A stretch of DNA of 64,000 nt, taken from positions 13,186-77,185 of the forward strand of contig JBAVOQ010000015.1 in NCBI GenBank assembly GCA_049692235.1, in the 5' to 3' direction. A program made the translations under genes and the position numbers. This stretch comes from Acidobacteriaceae bacterium (lineage in GTDB: Bacteria; Acidobacteriota; Terriglobia; Terriglobales; Acidobacteriaceae). This document shows positions 30,727 to 41,885 of this stretch, piece by piece (the first letter of the stretch is position 1; the number at the start of each line of letters is the position of its first letter). Below the pieces are notes generated by a model that was given only the letters and a program-made list of their open reading frames with translations, searched no databases and was not told the origin of the DNA.

Positions 30727-31776
30727 ATGATGGGCTTGATCTGGTTCTGGATTGTCGCATTGATGCTGGTGGCGTATGTGGTGTTCGACGGCTTTGACAT
30801 TGGAGCGGGCATTGCGCATTTTCTGATTGCGCGTTCGCACCAGGACCGCGACACCATATTGCGTACCATCGGTCCTGTGTGGGACGGCAATGAGGTCTGG
30901 CTGCTGGCCGGCGGTGGCACGCTATATTTTGCGTTTCCGTTGCTGTACGCGTCGTCGTTCAGCGGGTTTTATCTGCCGCTGATGATCGTGTTGTGGCTTC
31001 TGATCCTGCGCGGCATCGGCATTGAATTGCGATCGCACTTCGGCACCGTGGTCTGGCGCGGATTTTTCGATGGTTCCTTTGCCATTTCGAGCATTTTGCT
31101 CGCAATTTTTCTCGGCGCCGCGTTGGCCAATGTCATCCGCGGAGTGCCGCTGAATGCGGACGGATATTTCTTCGCTCCCTTGTGGACCAACTGGAGAGTC
31201 GGTCCCAACCCCGGCATTCTCGATTGGTATACGGTCATCGGCGGCCTGGTTGCGCTGGTTGCGCTCGCCATTCACGGCAGTCTGTATCTCACCATAAAAA
31301 CCGGCGGAGAGCTCCAGCAACGGGCCCGTGATCTTGCGCAACGTGCGTGGATTGTTCTGCTGATTCTCACCATCCTGAGCTTGACCGCCACCATGCTGGT
31401 GCGGCCTGCCGTCTTGCAAAGTTATTTCCATTATCCGATCGCGTTCCTGATCCCCGCGGGCGTGCTGGGCAGCCTGTTCGGCATCCTGCTCTACTCTCGC
31501 AGTGGCAAGGATTTTCCGGCCTTTTTGAGTTCCTGCCTTTACCTTGCGCTGATGTTGGCCGGAGCCGCCGTGGGCTTATGCCCGGTTCTGTTGCCATCCA
31601 GCCGCAACTCTGCGCAGGACATCACCATTTCGAACTCACTTGCCGGCCATCACGGTCTGGCGGTCGGGCTGGTCTGGTGGGCCTTTGGCATCCTGCTGGC
31701 GATTGGTTATTTCATCTTCGTCTATCGCATGTTTCGAGGCAAAGTGGCCGAAACCGCGGACGCCCACTGGGATTGA
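30727..31776 (+). CDS. cydB: Cytochrome bd ubiquinol oxidase subunit II
   Basis: The ATG at 30727 lies after AGGAAAGGTACAGGAG. VVFDGFDIGAG...GPVWDGNEVWLL is typical of CydB. It starts 19 nt after cydA. Confidence 0.9.
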   Translation: MMGLIWFWIVALMLVAYVVFDGFDIGAGIAHFLIARSHQDRDTILRTIGPVWDGNEVWLLAGGGTLYFAFPLLYASSFSGFYLPLMIVLWLLILRGIGIELRSHFGTVVWRGFFDGSFAISSILLAIFLGAALANVIRGVPLNADGYFFAPLWTNWRVGPNPGILDWYTVIGGLVALVALAIHGSLYLTIKTGGELQQRARDLAQRAWIVLLILTILSLTATMLVRPAVLQSYFHYPIAFLIPAGVLGSLFGILLYSRSGKDFPAFLSSCLYLALMLAGAAVGLCPVLLPSSRNSAQDITISNSLAGHHGLAVGLVWWAFGILLAIGYFIFVYRMFRGKVAETADAHWD

Positions 31777-31810
31777 ACGACCATGAAGCCGCGGCTCGAA
31801 TGTGAAGCTC

Positions 31811-34327
31811 ATGTCAATCTCTGCGCTCCCCGGCGAACTCGCCGCACCGGAACTCTCATCTATCCTAGGTACATCGCCGATTGAGAGGGTTCCCGTGACA
31901 TCCGACAACCGCACCGTCTCCGCCCGCCACTCCTCCTCTGCCGCCAACAAAATCGGTTCCCGCAAGCCGCTTGCCGCCGAAGAACTGCACAAGATGGATG
32001 CCTATTGGCGCGCCTGCAATTATTTGTGCGTCGGCATGCTCTACCTGCAGAAGAACCCACTGCTGCGAGAGCCACTGCTACCAGAGCACATCAAGCAGCG
32101 CCTGCTGGGCCACTGGGGATCGGATCCCGGCCAGACATTTACCTGGGTCCATCTGAATCGCCTGATCAAGAAATATGACCTGGACATGATCTACATTTCC
32201 GGTCCCGGCCACGGCGCGCCGGCCACTCTTTCCAACGCCTACCTTGAGGGCACATATTCCCAGGTTTATCCAGACAAGAGCGAAGACGAAGAAGGAATGC
32301 AGAAATTCTTCAAGGAATTTTCTTTTCCCGGTGGAATTGGAAGCCACTGCACTCCGGAAACGCCAGGGTCGATCCATGAAGGCGGCGAACTCGGCTACAG
32401 CATTTCGCACGCATTTGGAGCCGCGTTTGATAATCCAAATCTGATCGTCACGGTGGTTGTCGGCGACGGCGAAGCGGAAACCGGACCGCTGGCGACATCC
32501 TGGCACTCCAATAAATTTCTCAATCCCATTCGCGACGGCGCAGTGCTTCCTATTCTGCACCTGAATGGATACAAGATCGCCAATCCGACGATCCTTGCGC
32601 GAATTTCTGCGGAGGAGTTGGAGCAGTTACTGTGTGGCTACGGATGGACGCCCTATTTCGTTGAAGGCGACGATCCCCACATCATGCATCAGCAGATGGC
32701 GGCTACGCTGGAACATTGCATTCAGGAGATTCGATCCATCCAGAAACATGCGCGTAGCACCAACACCGCCGATCGGCCGCGTTGGCCCATGGTGGTTCTG
32801 CGTAGCCCCAAGGGCTGGACAGGACCGAAGGAAGTAGACGGTCACAAGGTGGAAGGGTTCTGGCGGGCGCACCAGATTCCCATCCTCGATGCTGTTACCA
32901 ATCCTGCGCACCTGCGTCTGGTGGAAGAGTGGCTGAAAGGGTATAAGCCGGAGGAATTGTTCGATGAGGCCGGCACGCTGATCCCGGAGCTGAAAGACTT
33001 GCCGCCCAAAGGCAATCGCAGGCTCAGCGCCAATCCCCACGCCAACGGCGGCTTGCTGCGCAAGGCCCTGCGGCTGCCGGATTTTCGAGACTTCGCTTTT
33101 GCGGTGCCCAAGCCGGGCATTAGCGAAGTGGGACCCACCGAAGTGCTGGCGCATTTCTTGGCCGAAACCATGCGCAGGAACATGCAGAGTTTTCGCGTCT
33201 TCGGGCCGGACGAAACCGCCTCCAACAAATTGCAGGCTATTTATGAGGCCAGCAAGAAAACCTGGCTCGCCAAGTACTTGCCGGAAGATCAGGACGGCGG
33301 CGAGCTGGCCTGCGACGGCCGCGTCATGGAGATGTTGAGCGAACACACGCTGGAGGGATGGTTCGAGGGGTATGTCCTGACCGGACGGCATGGTCTCTTC
33401 GCCAGCTACGAGGCGTTTGTCCACGTCATCGATTCCATGTTCAACCAGCATGCCAAGTGGCTGGAGAAGTGCAAGTCTGAAGTGAAATGGCGCGCTCCCA
33501 TCTCTTCCTTGAACATTCTGATTACATCGCTGGTCTGGCGACAGGATCACAACGGGTTCACCCATCAGGACCCGGGATTTCTTGACGTCGTGACCAACAA
33601 GAGCGCAGCCATCACGCGCATTTATCTGCCGCCGGATGCCAATTGCCTGCTGAGTGTCGGCGATCACTGTTTGCGCAGCACCAACTATGTCAACGTGATT
33701 GTTGCCGACAAGCAGCCCCATCTGCAGTATTTGAATATTGAGGAAGCCGTGCGGCACTGCACCAAGGGCATCGGCATCTGGGACTGGGCGAGCAACGACC
33801 AGGATGCGGAGCCGGATGTGGTAATGGCAACGGCCGGCGATATCGCCACCATGGAATCGCTGGCGGCTGTTGCAATTCTGCGCGAACGTTTTCCGGGACT
33901 GAAGATTCGCTTTGTCAACGTGGTCGATTTATTCAAGCTTGAGCCCGACACAGAACATCCGCATGGATTGTCTGACCGCGACTTCGATTCGCTGTTTACG
34001 CTCGACAAGCCCGTCATCTTCAACTTTCACGGCTACGCATCCTTGATCCATAAGCTGACGTATCGACGCACCAATCACGACAACATGCATGTCCGCGGAT
34101 ACAAGGAAAAAGGCAACATCAACACGCCTCTGGAACTGGCAATCCTGAACCAGGTCGACAGATTCAATCTTGCGATCGATGTGATTGACCGCGTACCGAA
34201 ACTGCGCGCGACCGGGGCACATGTCAAAGAATGGCTGAAAGACCAAATCACAGACGCGATTGACTACGCGCACGAAAATGGGATCGACCGAAAGGAAATT
34301 CGAGAGTGGAAGTGGCCCCTGGGATGA
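31811..34327 (+). CDS. xfp: Xylulose-5-phosphate/fructose-6-phosphate phosphoketolase
   Basis: [56 protein letters not shown] and [13 protein letters not shown] are hallmark phosphoketolase motifs. The start is ATG 31811 or GTG 31802. Confidence 0.9.
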   Translation: MSISALPGELAAPELSSILGTSPIERVPVTSDNRTVSARHSSSAANKIGSRKPLAAEELHKMDAYWRACNYLCVGMLYLQKNPLLREPLLPEHIKQRLLGHWGSDPGQTFTWVHLNRLIKKYDLDMIYISGPGHGAPATLSNAYLEGTYSQVYPDKSEDEEGMQKFFKEFSFPGGIGSHCTPETPGSIHEGGELGYSISHAFGAAFDNPNLIVTVVVGDGEAETGPLATSWHSNKFLNPIRDGAVLPILHLNGYKIANPTILARISAEELEQLLCGYGWTPYFVEGDDPHIMHQQMAATLEHCIQEIRSIQKHARSTNTADRPRWPMVVLRSPKGWTGPKEVDGHKVEGFWRAHQIPILDAVTNPAHLRLVEEWLKGYKPEELFDEAGTLIPELKDLPPKGNRRLSANPHANGGLLRKALRLPDFRDFAFAVPKPGISEVGPTEVLAHFLAETMRRNMQSFRVFGPDETASNKLQAIYEASKKTWLAKYLPEDQDGGELACDGRVMEMLSEHTLEGWFEGYVLTGRHGLFASYEAFVHVIDSMFNQHAKWLEKCKSEVKWRAPISSLNILITSLVWRQDHNGFTHQDPGFLDVVTNKSAAITRIYLPPDANCLLSVGDHCLRSTNYVNVIVADKQPHLQYLNIEEAVRHCTKGIGIWDWASNDQDAEPDVVMATAGDIATMESLAAVAILRERFPGLKIRFVNVVDLFKLEPDTEHPHGLSDRDFDSLFTLDKPVIFNFHGYASLIHKLTYRRTNHDNMHVRGYKEKGNINTPLELAILNQVDRFNLAIDVIDRVPKLRATGAHVKEWLKDQITDAIDYAHENGIDRKEIREWKWPLG

Positions 34328-35577
34328 GGACTGACCTGAAACATTTGCCGATCCTGGTTTTTAATGGCGGATCTTCGTCGATCAAGTTTTCCATTTACAT
34401 TGCCGATGGCAAACAGCTGACGAAGCTGAACGATGGGGAAGCGGGCGGCATCGGAACGCCCAAGCCGCAGTTCAGTTTCTACGCCTATCGCGACGGAAAA
34501 CGCGAGGCGCTGGTGTCGGAGTCTGAACCGAAAGACCTGGGTTCGACCCGCGATGCCGTGCGAAAGATTGCGGCTCTGCTGCATCAGCCAGGACTCACGC
34601 AGCCTGCCGCCATCGGTCACCGCATCGTCCACTCGGGACCGAATCTGCACGCGCATCAGCTCATCACTTCCGCGGTACTGTTGGAAATTGAAAAGGCGAC
34701 CTGCTTCGCCCCGCTGCATCAGCCGATCGGACTCGAGATTATTCGTGAAGCGAAAGAGAGTTTTCCCGGCGTCGAAAACTACGCTTGCTTTGATACGATT
34801 TTCCTTCAGGATCTGCCGGAGGTCGCGTCGATCTACCCGTTGCCGCGAGAAATTCGCGATCAGGGTGTGCATCGCTACGGCTTTCACGGCTTGTCTTGCG
34901 AGTCCATCATGGAACAGTTTCAAGAAGGCAGAGTGCCGAACCTGTACCCGCCAGACCAGATTCCCAAGCGAGTGATCTATGCCCACCTGGGCAGCGGCGC
35001 CAGCGTCACCGCAATTCGCGATGGAAAAGCTCTCGATCACTGCCTCGGCCTTACGCCTTGTGGCGGCGTCATCATGGGCACGCGTCCCGGCGATCTCGAT
35101 CCCGGACTGGTTTTCTATCTGCTACGCGTGCAAGGGGGCAGTGCTGCGGACGCCACCAACGCTGTCGAACAATTGTTGAACAAGCGTTCCGGCATGCTCG
35201 CTCTTTCCGGTCTGTCCAATGACATGCGCCTTCTCCGCAATGCAGAAAAAAATGGAAATCAGCAGGCCGCGCTGGCGATTGAGGTTTTCGCGCTATCCGT
35301 CAAAAAAATGATTGGCGGCTATGTTGCATTGATGGGAGGTCTGGATGCGCTGGTCTTTTCCGGTGGCATCGGGGAGCGCGACCCAATCACGCGCGACCAG
35401 GTCTGTGCAGGCATGGATGCTTTCGGACTGACGCTCAATCCGGAGGCGAACGATCTAACCCACGCCGGGCCAAAGACCATCAGCCAACCGGACTCGAAGA
35501 TTGCGGTCTACGTTCTGCCGGCGGACGAGGATCGCATCATCGCCCAGCACGTGGCGCGGCTGACTGCGCTGGAATAA
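34324..35577 (+). CDS. ackA: Acetate kinase
   Basis: [27 protein letters not shown] and [15 protein letters not shown] start/stop overlap with xfp at 34324..34327. Confidence 0.9.
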   Translation: MRTDLKHLPILVFNGGSSSIKFSIYIADGKQLTKLNDGEAGGIGTPKPQFSFYAYRDGKREALVSESEPKDLGSTRDAVRKIAALLHQPGLTQPAAIGHRIVHSGPNLHAHQLITSAVLLEIEKATCFAPLHQPIGLEIIREAKESFPGVENYACFDTIFLQDLPEVASIYPLPREIRDQGVHRYGFHGLSCESIMEQFQEGRVPNLYPPDQIPKRVIYAHLGSGASVTAIRDGKALDHCLGLTPCGGVIMGTRPGDLDPGLVFYLLRVQGGSAADATNAVEQLLNKRSGMLALSGLSNDMRLLRNAEKNGNQQAALAIEVFALSVKKMIGGYVALMGGLDALVFSGGIGERDPITRDQVCAGMDAFGLTLNPEANDLTHAGPKTISQPDSKIAVYVLPADEDRIIAQHVARLTALE

Positions 35578-35589
35578 TCAACAGGAAGC

Positions 35590-37326
35590 CTACTTCAATG
35601 CAGTCCACAAGCTGGGATCGACGTGCGGAAACACACTGTCCTGCACTTCAATCTTGTGCAACGCAGCTTCCTCTTCCGAACTGAGCGCGCCCCCGCCGGC
35701 ATGCAGTTGCCACATCTTCTCAATCGTGCGGAAGGACGCCAAGTGCTCATTGAAGCGGTCTTCCGCGTAGTCGCGCGCGGCTTCTGTCGTAATCAGAAAC
35801 TGCCAATCGGAAGACTCCAGCAATAACAATTCGCGGCACAACTGCTTCAGGATGCGCTCTCCCGCTGGATTATTTTTCCAGTGATCGGAAGTGGCGGCAT
35901 CGCGCACCGCGACCTCTGCCGGATACAAATATTCCCATGTCCAGCGAGTATCCGGGCTGAGCCACACTTCGTGGGTGCCGTTCTTGCCCCATGATCCTTC
36001 CGGCAGCGCAAGAAAACTGTCCGGCGGATGGCGATCGAGATACGCCGCGCAACTGGTTAGCGCGACCGAAACTTCCTTACGCGCCATAATTCGGGCCACA
36101 TGTTCTAGCCACATCGGTCCTTCAAACCACCAGTGACCGAACAGTTCCGCGTCAAATGGAGATGTCAGGATGGCAGGCACGGGGTCTTTAAAGCCGGATC
36201 GGAGAGAGTCGACCACCAAGCTGACATAGTGCTCCGCGTGCGACTTGGCGCGCGCGGCCGCCTTCTCCGGGAAGTACGGCGTCTTGAATGCCATGTCGAT
36301 TTTTGAACCGGTCACTTGCCAATAGCGATGGCCGCCGGGAAAGCGCTTCTTATGGAAGTCGAGGTAGTTGCCATCGCCCGGATATCCAGCGTCTCCACTC
36401 CAAACCTGCAGGCCAGTCCGAGGATCGCGCGGAAAAATCGTGACGGGTCTGCGGTGGGCACGAGGGCCATCCACGTAGTACGGCTTGTATAGGGAGTGAT
36501 GTGGCTCGCAGGTTTCTACGGCCAGCGATGCGGCGACGCCTACCGCTCCACCCGCCCGCAATTCATACGGAGTAAACAGGACGGATTCTTCCACCAGGTG
36601 GGTATCGACAAAGAAGTAGTCGATCTTGGCATCTTCCAGCGGCTCTTCCACCCCTCTGCGATTGAACGGATGCCAGGATTCGCTGCTGCCGTGCGGAACA
36701 ACTGGATAACTCCACATCCCCGCCGGACGATAGGCGCACTCCGGCAGCCAGATGCCACGCGGATGCTGCCCGATATGGCGTTCGTGTGTAGACACGCCGG
36801 TTTGCACCTGGGCTCGGATCGACTCATCGGTCCCCAGCAGCGGAAAATATCCATGAGTCGCCCCGCAGGTGATAATGTCGATCAATCCGCGCTCGGCTGC
36901 CTCGCGAAATCCACGGATGATATCGCCCCCAAGAGCTTCGAAGTGGTCCAGCGCCTGCTGGAAGTAAGCGCGCCAGTATCGAGCTGTCTCGGCCAGCTGC
37001 GGCTCTCCATTTTGTCTGAAATAGGCCTCATCTTCACTAGCGGCGGTAATCTTGCGCTTCAGGTACTGGGGGAATTCCGCGCGGAACACCGGATGCGCCA
37101 GCTGTTCCAGCAAAATGGGAGAAAGATTCAAGTTGGCGCGCAAAGCGATTCCGTCGCGCTCCAGGTTGGCAATCACGCGCAACAGCGGAAGATAAGTCTC
37201 CGCAGCGGCCTCTAGCAGCCACTCCAAACCATGCGGCCAGGTTCCATGGTTCACCACATACGGCAAATGTGCGTGCAAAGTAAACGTCATGTATGCAGAA
37301 GGACGTTCGTGAGGCGTGTCAATCAT
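35590..37326 (-). CDS. GH57-family 1,4-alpha-glucan branching enzyme
   Basis: TFTLHAHLPYV...GTWPHGLEWL..AAAETYLPLL, the ITCGATHGYFPLL pattern of GH57 (DUF1957-containing) branching enzymes, and SSDWQFLITT near the C-terminus. Confidence 0.8.
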   Translation of the reverse strand: MIDTPHERPSAYMTFTLHAHLPYVVNHGTWPHGLEWLLEAAAETYLPLLRVIANLERDGIALRANLNLSPILLEQLAHPVFRAEFPQYLKRKITAASEDEAYFRQNGEPQLAETARYWRAYFQQALDHFEALGGDIIRGFREAAERGLIDIITCGATHGYFPLLGTDESIRAQVQTGVSTHERHIGQHPRGIWLPECAYRPAGMWSYPVVPHGSSESWHPFNRRGVEEPLEDAKIDYFFVDTHLVEESVLFTPYELRAGGAVGVAASLAVETCEPHHSLYKPYYVDGPRAHRRPVTIFPRDPRTGLQVWSGDAGYPGDGNYLDFHKKRFPGGHRYWQVTGSKIDMAFKTPYFPEKAAARAKSHAEHYVSLVVDSLRSGFKDPVPAILTSPFDAELFGHWWFEGPMWLEHVARIMARKEVSVALTSCAAYLDRHPPDSFLALPEGSWGKNGTHEVWLSPDTRWTWEYLYPAEVAVRDAATSDHWKNNPAGERILKQLCRELLLLESSDWQFLITTEAARDYAEDRFNEHLASFRTIEKMWQLHAGGGALSSEEEAALHKIEVQDSVFPHVDPSLWTALK

Positions 37327-37711
37327 GAATTCCCCTTTAACTTTACGTTAGATGCAGATGGGGAAGAACGAGAATCAGGCGCACAAACCATCTTGGCGAG
37401 GGACCCGTACAGCGGGGACCCTGATCGCGAGACATGCAGGTTCTTGTTTTTACTATAGTCTTTCCGGCATGAAAATCGGATAAGGATTTGTCCGCGAAAC
37501 GGCGGTTCGCGGCAGATTTGGACCTCGATTTATCGCTGTGAGCTTGGGTCGTTGGCCAGCCGAACGAAAACCGGAATCGCTGTTGTGCGGTCCAACCGTA
37601 GCCGAATTTCGAAGCAAATGGGGAACCCAAGTGCGCATTGCCGGGCCAATATCCATTTGCTACTATCCATATGATCGCGTAATTCCTCCACTACGCGAAG
37701 GAGATAAGCAA

Positions 37712-38050
37712 ATGCCAGAACAGGAAACAACAGGAATTGGGTGGTTTATCGCGGGCCTTGGTCTAGGTGCGTTGCTCGGTATCTTGTTTGCCCCCAAGGC
37801 AGGCAAAGAACTTCGCGAAGGCTTGATGACTAGCGCGAAGGATAAAAAAGATTATGTAACCGCCCGCAGCCGAGAGGCGCGTGAGCAGATCAACGAGTTT
37901 GCTGAGCGTGGCAAGGAAGCCGCCGAAAAGGGCCGCGAACGCTGGAGCGGCATTGTGGACCGCGTTTCCGGCAGCCGGTCTGATGTCGAAAGCCACTCTC
38001 ACGATGACGAAGAACCGTTTCATGGCGGTGCAGCCGAAAATCGCTTTTAA
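37712..38050 (+). CDS. YtxH-like general-stress protein
   Basis: The ATG at 37712 lies after GAAGGAGA. An N-terminal TM segment and GLGLGALLGILFAPKAGKELREGL, typical of the YtxH family. Confidence 0.65.
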   Translation: MPEQETTGIGWFIAGLGLGALLGILFAPKAGKELREGLMTSAKDKKDYVTARSREAREQINEFAERGKEAAEKGRERWSGIVDRVSGSRSDVESHSHDDEEPFHGGAAENRF

Positions 38051-38232
38051 TGCATCTCAAAGGCAGGTGCGCCTTGCGATTCCTGCCGCCGTTGGTATAG
38101 ATGTGCCTTGCGGTTCTACACTTGTGCTCAGGCCACTGACTTCGGCTCCTTTCAGCGGATTTCGCCCGATGGGGTCAGAGCCACGGTCGGGTCAAGAGTC
38201 TGCTAGTGCAAATTTCGTAATGAGGGGGCTTC

Positions 38233-38757
38233 ATGCCAACCGGATCGACGGTTTTCCTTGTATTTACTGGGGTAGTTACGTTTGCCGTGGTCTTGCAGAC
38301 GATTGTTTTGGTGGTGTTTGCCGTCGCGGCCAAGGCGGCGCAAGCCAAAATCATGGAGCAGGCAGAGCGGCTGCAGGCCGAAGTTCACACCATCGTTGAG
38401 TCCAGTGCGGATTTAATGGAGACGCTCGAGGACTTAACTCCGCGCATGCGAGCCATTACAGAAAATGTTCAGAAGGCGACCGATACGCTCCGCAATCAAG
38501 TGAATCACATTGACGGCGTGGTGACAGACATAACCGGAAAAACTCGTTCCCAGGTTTCCCGCATCGACAATATGGTGACCGACACGCTGGATGGTATCGC
38601 CCGCGGAACCCGCACCATTCAGGACAATATTATGGCTCCGCTGCGCCAGATTGGCGGATGGATGAATACCATCCGGGCGACTCTCGATCTGCTACGTGGT
38701 GGTGGCGGCGAGCGTCGCAGCGATCGTAGAACCCGCCGATACGACGAAGACTACTAG
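38233..38757 (+). CDS. Membrane-anchored coiled-coil protein (DUF948-like), function unknown
   Basis: One N-terminal TM helix followed by a heptad-like helical region, and an Arg-rich tail. Family resemblance only. Confidence 0.45.
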   Translation: MPTGSTVFLVFTGVVTFAVVLQTIVLVVFAVAAKAAQAKIMEQAERLQAEVHTIVESSADLMETLEDLTPRMRAITENVQKATDTLRNQVNHIDGVVTDITGKTRSQVSRIDNMVTDTLDGIARGTRTIQDNIMAPLRQIGGWMNTIRATLDLLRGGGGERRSDRRTRRYDEDY

Positions 38758-38830
38758 AAAGAAATCCGGCAGAGAGGCGCGAATCCAAAAAGCTTTGGAT
38801 CCGTGCCTAATCCCTCAATGCCGATGAAAT

Positions 38831-39760
38831 CTACTTGAACAGATTTTTGGCGATGAACAGAACATTCGCCGGGCGTTCTGCCAGGCGGCGCATAAAGTAT
38901 GGATACCATTCCGTGCCGAACGGAACATACACGCGCATGCCATAGCCTTCCTTCGCCAGCGAAGTTTGCAGATCGCGGCGCACACCGTAGAGCATCTGAA
39001 ACTCGAAACTGCGTTTGTCGATTCCTTCCTGCTCCACAAACTTCTTGGTCGCGCGGATGATCGCTTCATCGTGCGTGGCCAACCCGTGATAGACCCCGCT
39101 GGTCAGCAAAATCTTGGTCAATTTCAAATAGTTGGCATCCACATCCGCCTTATCGGGGAACGCCAGCGTCGGCGGTTCCTTATACGCGCCCTTGCATAGC
39201 CGAATACGAATGCGATCGGCCAGCAGCAGGCGAACGTCTTCTTCACACCGATACAGATACGATTGCAGCACCGTCCCGATGCGACCCGCATGGTTGGGCA
39301 TGGCGTGGATTTCGCGGGTCATGTCGATGGTCGCCTGCGTCAGATCGCTGCCTTCCATGTCCACGCGCAGAAAGTTGTCGGTGGTGGCGGCATGGTCGAC
39401 CAGCTCGCTGGTAATCTGACGGGCAATGGCAGGGCTGATGTTCATGCCCATCTGCGTCAACTTCGCGCTGACGTTGGCTTTCAGCCCGCGTTGCTGAATT
39501 GCGTCCAGCAGTTGGTGATAGATGTCGGCGGCGCGGCGCGCCTCCTCTTCGGTGGAGACATTTTCTCCCAGGCTGTCGAGCGAAACCGGAATGCCTTCGC
39601 GGTTCAGCGTCTCGGCGACCCGCAGTGCGTCGGACACGTGCATGCCGGCGATAAATCGTCCAGACATTTTCTGGCCCATGCGGGATTGCTCCGCGAACGA
39701 GCGCAAGGGTTTGTTCTGCGACAGCGCAATCAACGCAGAGCGTAGGGGGTTCATACTCAT
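38831..39760 (-). CDS. Proline dehydrogenase family protein (monofunctional PutA-like)
   Basis: FIAG....A......L...G......LGE.. pattern (RFIAGMHVSDALRVAETLNREGIPVSLDSLGENV), the CKGAYKEP motif and LAERPANVLF at the C-terminus. Confidence 0.8.
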   Translation of the reverse strand: MSMNPLRSALIALSQNKPLRSFAEQSRMGQKMSGRFIAGMHVSDALRVAETLNREGIPVSLDSLGENVSTEEEARRAADIYHQLLDAIQQRGLKANVSAKLTQMGMNISPAIARQITSELVDHAATTDNFLRVDMEGSDLTQATIDMTREIHAMPNHAGRIGTVLQSYLYRCEEDVRLLLADRIRIRLCKGAYKEPPTLAFPDKADVDANYLKLTKILLTSGVYHGLATHDEAIIRATKKFVEQEGIDKRSFEFQMLYGVRRDLQTSLAKEGYGMRVYVPFGTEWYPYFMRRLAERPANVLFIAKNLFK

Positions 39761-39867
39761 AGGAAAGGTGCCTCGACCAAACCTTCTATTGTGTCACAAC
39801 GTCAAACAACACGAAGTGACGGGTCGGCTTAAATCTATTGGGAACTTAAAATATCGAGGGAATTGCA

Positions 39868-40404
39868 ATGAAATGGATATGCAGTTTCTTTGTCTGCCTT
39901 GTTCTGGCTCCATTCGCCGCCGCGCAAAATGCACCCAGCGTCAAACAGGCGGAGTCTGCTTGCGGTTCCTTCAAAGTGAAATTTGATGTGAAGACGGACG
40001 CCAGCCGACATCCGTTAGCGCCGGCGGAAGCTGGTAAGGCGCAGGTTTACGTGATTGAGGACTGGGATTGGCGGGATCGAGGAAGAATCAACAGACCCAC
40101 CGTTCGCGTTGGAATGGATGGAAAGTGGATGGGCGCTGACCAAGGCGATTCCTACCAGTTTTTCTCCGCTGACCCCGGACAGCATCACCTGTGCGTCAGC
40201 TGGCAGCAAGGGATGGGAAGCTCCAACAACTTGATCGCAGTGTACGGACTCGAGGCGAAGCCGGATCAAACGTACTATTTGCGCGCAAACATCGCTCGAG
40301 GAGAAAGCGTCTTACATGCGCTGACTCTTGAGCCGCTGAATATCGATGAAGCGCACCTCTTGCTGGCCAGATATCCACATGCCAATTCAACGGTCAAAAA
40401 GTAG
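39868..40404 (+). CDS. Secreted hypothetical protein (DUF2846-like)
   Basis: Signal peptide MKWICSFFVCLVLAPFAAAQ. The pattern AQVYVIED...VRVGMDGKWMGA...PGQHHLCVSW resembles DUF2846. Confidence 0.45.
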   Translation: MKWICSFFVCLVLAPFAAAQNAPSVKQAESACGSFKVKFDVKTDASRHPLAPAEAGKAQVYVIEDWDWRDRGRINRPTVRVGMDGKWMGADQGDSYQFFSADPGQHHLCVSWQQGMGSSNNLIAVYGLEAKPDQTYYLRANIARGESVLHALTLEPLNIDEAHLLLARYPHANSTVKK

Positions 40405-40419
40405 CGCAGCCGGCAACAG

Positions 40420-41553
40420 TTAGCGATTCTCGATGGCCACGTACTTGTTCGGATAGGCGGGCCCTGTATATTCGGCGCGCGGACGAATCAGTCGGTTGTC
40501 CTCAAACTGCTCAATCACGTGGGCCGCCCACCCGGCGATGCGGCTGATTGCAAAGATCGGCGTGAACAAATCGACATCGATGCCCAGCGTGGTGTAGGTC
40601 GAGGCGGAATAAAAATCCACGTTGGCGTTCAACTTCTTTTCTTCTTTCACAAACAATTCAATCTTGCGCGACATGTCGAACCATTTCGGATTGCCGTCCG
40701 CGCGCCCCAGGTCCTGCGACATGCGGCGTAAATGAGTCGCTCGCGGATCTTCAGTGCGATACACACGGTGTCCGAAGCCAGGAACTTTCTTTTTGTCGGC
40801 CAGCATCTGCCGCACATATTCCACCGGGTCAGCATCCGCTTTGTCGATGGCGAATAGGATGCGCATCACCGCTTCATTGGCGCCGCCGTGCAGCGATCCC
40901 TTCAACGCCCCAATGGCTCCCGTAATCGCTGAATGCATGTCAGACAGCGTGGCGACGATGACGCGAGCAGCGAAGGTAGAGGCATTAAATTCATGATCGG
41001 CGTGCAGAATCAGGGCAACATCCAGTGCGCGTTCCGCAGTTGCGGACGGCTTTTCCCCATTCAACATCCACAAAAAATTGCCGGCGTGGCTTAGCGACGG
41101 ATCGGGCGCGACGATCGATTTGCCTTTGCGCACGCGATCAAAAATCGCCACAATCATGGGGATCTGAGCAGTAAGACGGAACGCCTTGCGCACATTCGCT
41201 TCGTGCGAAAGGCTTTCCTGGTCCGGGTCGTACATGCTCAGCGCGGATACCGCGGTGCGAAGCACTGCCATCGGCAAGGCATCCTTCGGCATCTCTTGCA
41301 GCAGCCGCACCACTTCCGGCGGTAGCGCACGCCCGGCGGTCAGTTGTCGATTGAAGTCCGCCAGTTCCGCCGTCGAAGGCAGGCGGCCAAACCACAGCAG
41401 ATACGCTGTTTCCGGGAACGTCGACTTTTCCGCCAGTTCATGGATATCGATGCCGCGGTACGCTAAAACACCCGCGTCTCCGTCGATCAGACAAATTCCT
41501 GAGTCGGAAGCAACAATGTCTTCCAACCCGCGTGCCGCGGCAGTCATAGCCAT
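40420..41553 (-). CDS. gltA: Citrate synthase (short, type-I-like form)
   Basis: GLEDIVA..S.I..IDG..G.L.YRG, ILHADHEFNAST, GALKG.LHGGANE and GFGHRVY. Confidence 0.9.
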   Translation of the reverse strand: MAMTAAARGLEDIVASDSGICLIDGDAGVLAYRGIDIHELAEKSTFPETAYLLWFGRLPSTAELADFNRQLTAGRALPPEVVRLLQEMPKDALPMAVLRTAVSALSMYDPDQESLSHEANVRKAFRLTAQIPMIVAIFDRVRKGKSIVAPDPSLSHAGNFLWMLNGEKPSATAERALDVALILHADHEFNASTFAARVIVATLSDMHSAITGAIGALKGSLHGGANEAVMRILFAIDKADADPVEYVRQMLADKKKVPGFGHRVYRTEDPRATHLRRMSQDLGRADGNPKWFDMSRKIELFVKEEKKLNANVDFYSASTYTTLGIDVDLFTPIFAISRIAGWAAHVIEQFEDNRLIRPRAEYTGPAYPNKYVAIENR

Positions 41554-41885
41554 GTTCGTGTTCTCCAGACAAGTTTTTCTGTGTGCAGAATCCGGTGCCA
41601 GTCCGCCCTACACTACTGTCTCGATACTACAATGCAAGCCAGAGGTTCGTCATGCCGGACAGTGTCGGATGCACCTCGTCGCATGGTTGCTGCCGACTTT
41701 GCCTCCCAGGGCTGGCATGGAATCGCCGCAGTTGGGCTCCGTCGCGTCCGTTCACCCTGCCTTCGCCATTTGTGTGACCCTTGTTTTTATGAAAACCTAG
41801 GGTGTGCCGTTTGACCGCACTCGAAGTTGCCTGAATCACTTGTTCTGCTGCAGACGCATCGCTGGATGCGAGGAGTTCTTTCGAA

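Noticed and set aside
37364-37452. Possible small RNA with a terminator (AAGAAC..ATCAGG...CCTGAT..GTTCTT followed by GTTTTTA) in the 385-bp GH57/ytxH intergenic region
   Set aside because: The stems are only 6 bp each, with large unpaired regions. The T-run is short and interrupted. The region must also hold two divergent promoters. The evidence is insufficient.
39790-39825. GTCAC...GTGAC elements (TTGTGTCACAACG...GAAGTGACGG) upstream of the proline dehydrogenase and DUF2846-like genes, as a further site for the Crp/Fnr regulator
   Set aside because: The half-sites are in the opposite order and 18 nt apart, so they do not match the GTGAC-N4-GTCAC geometry.
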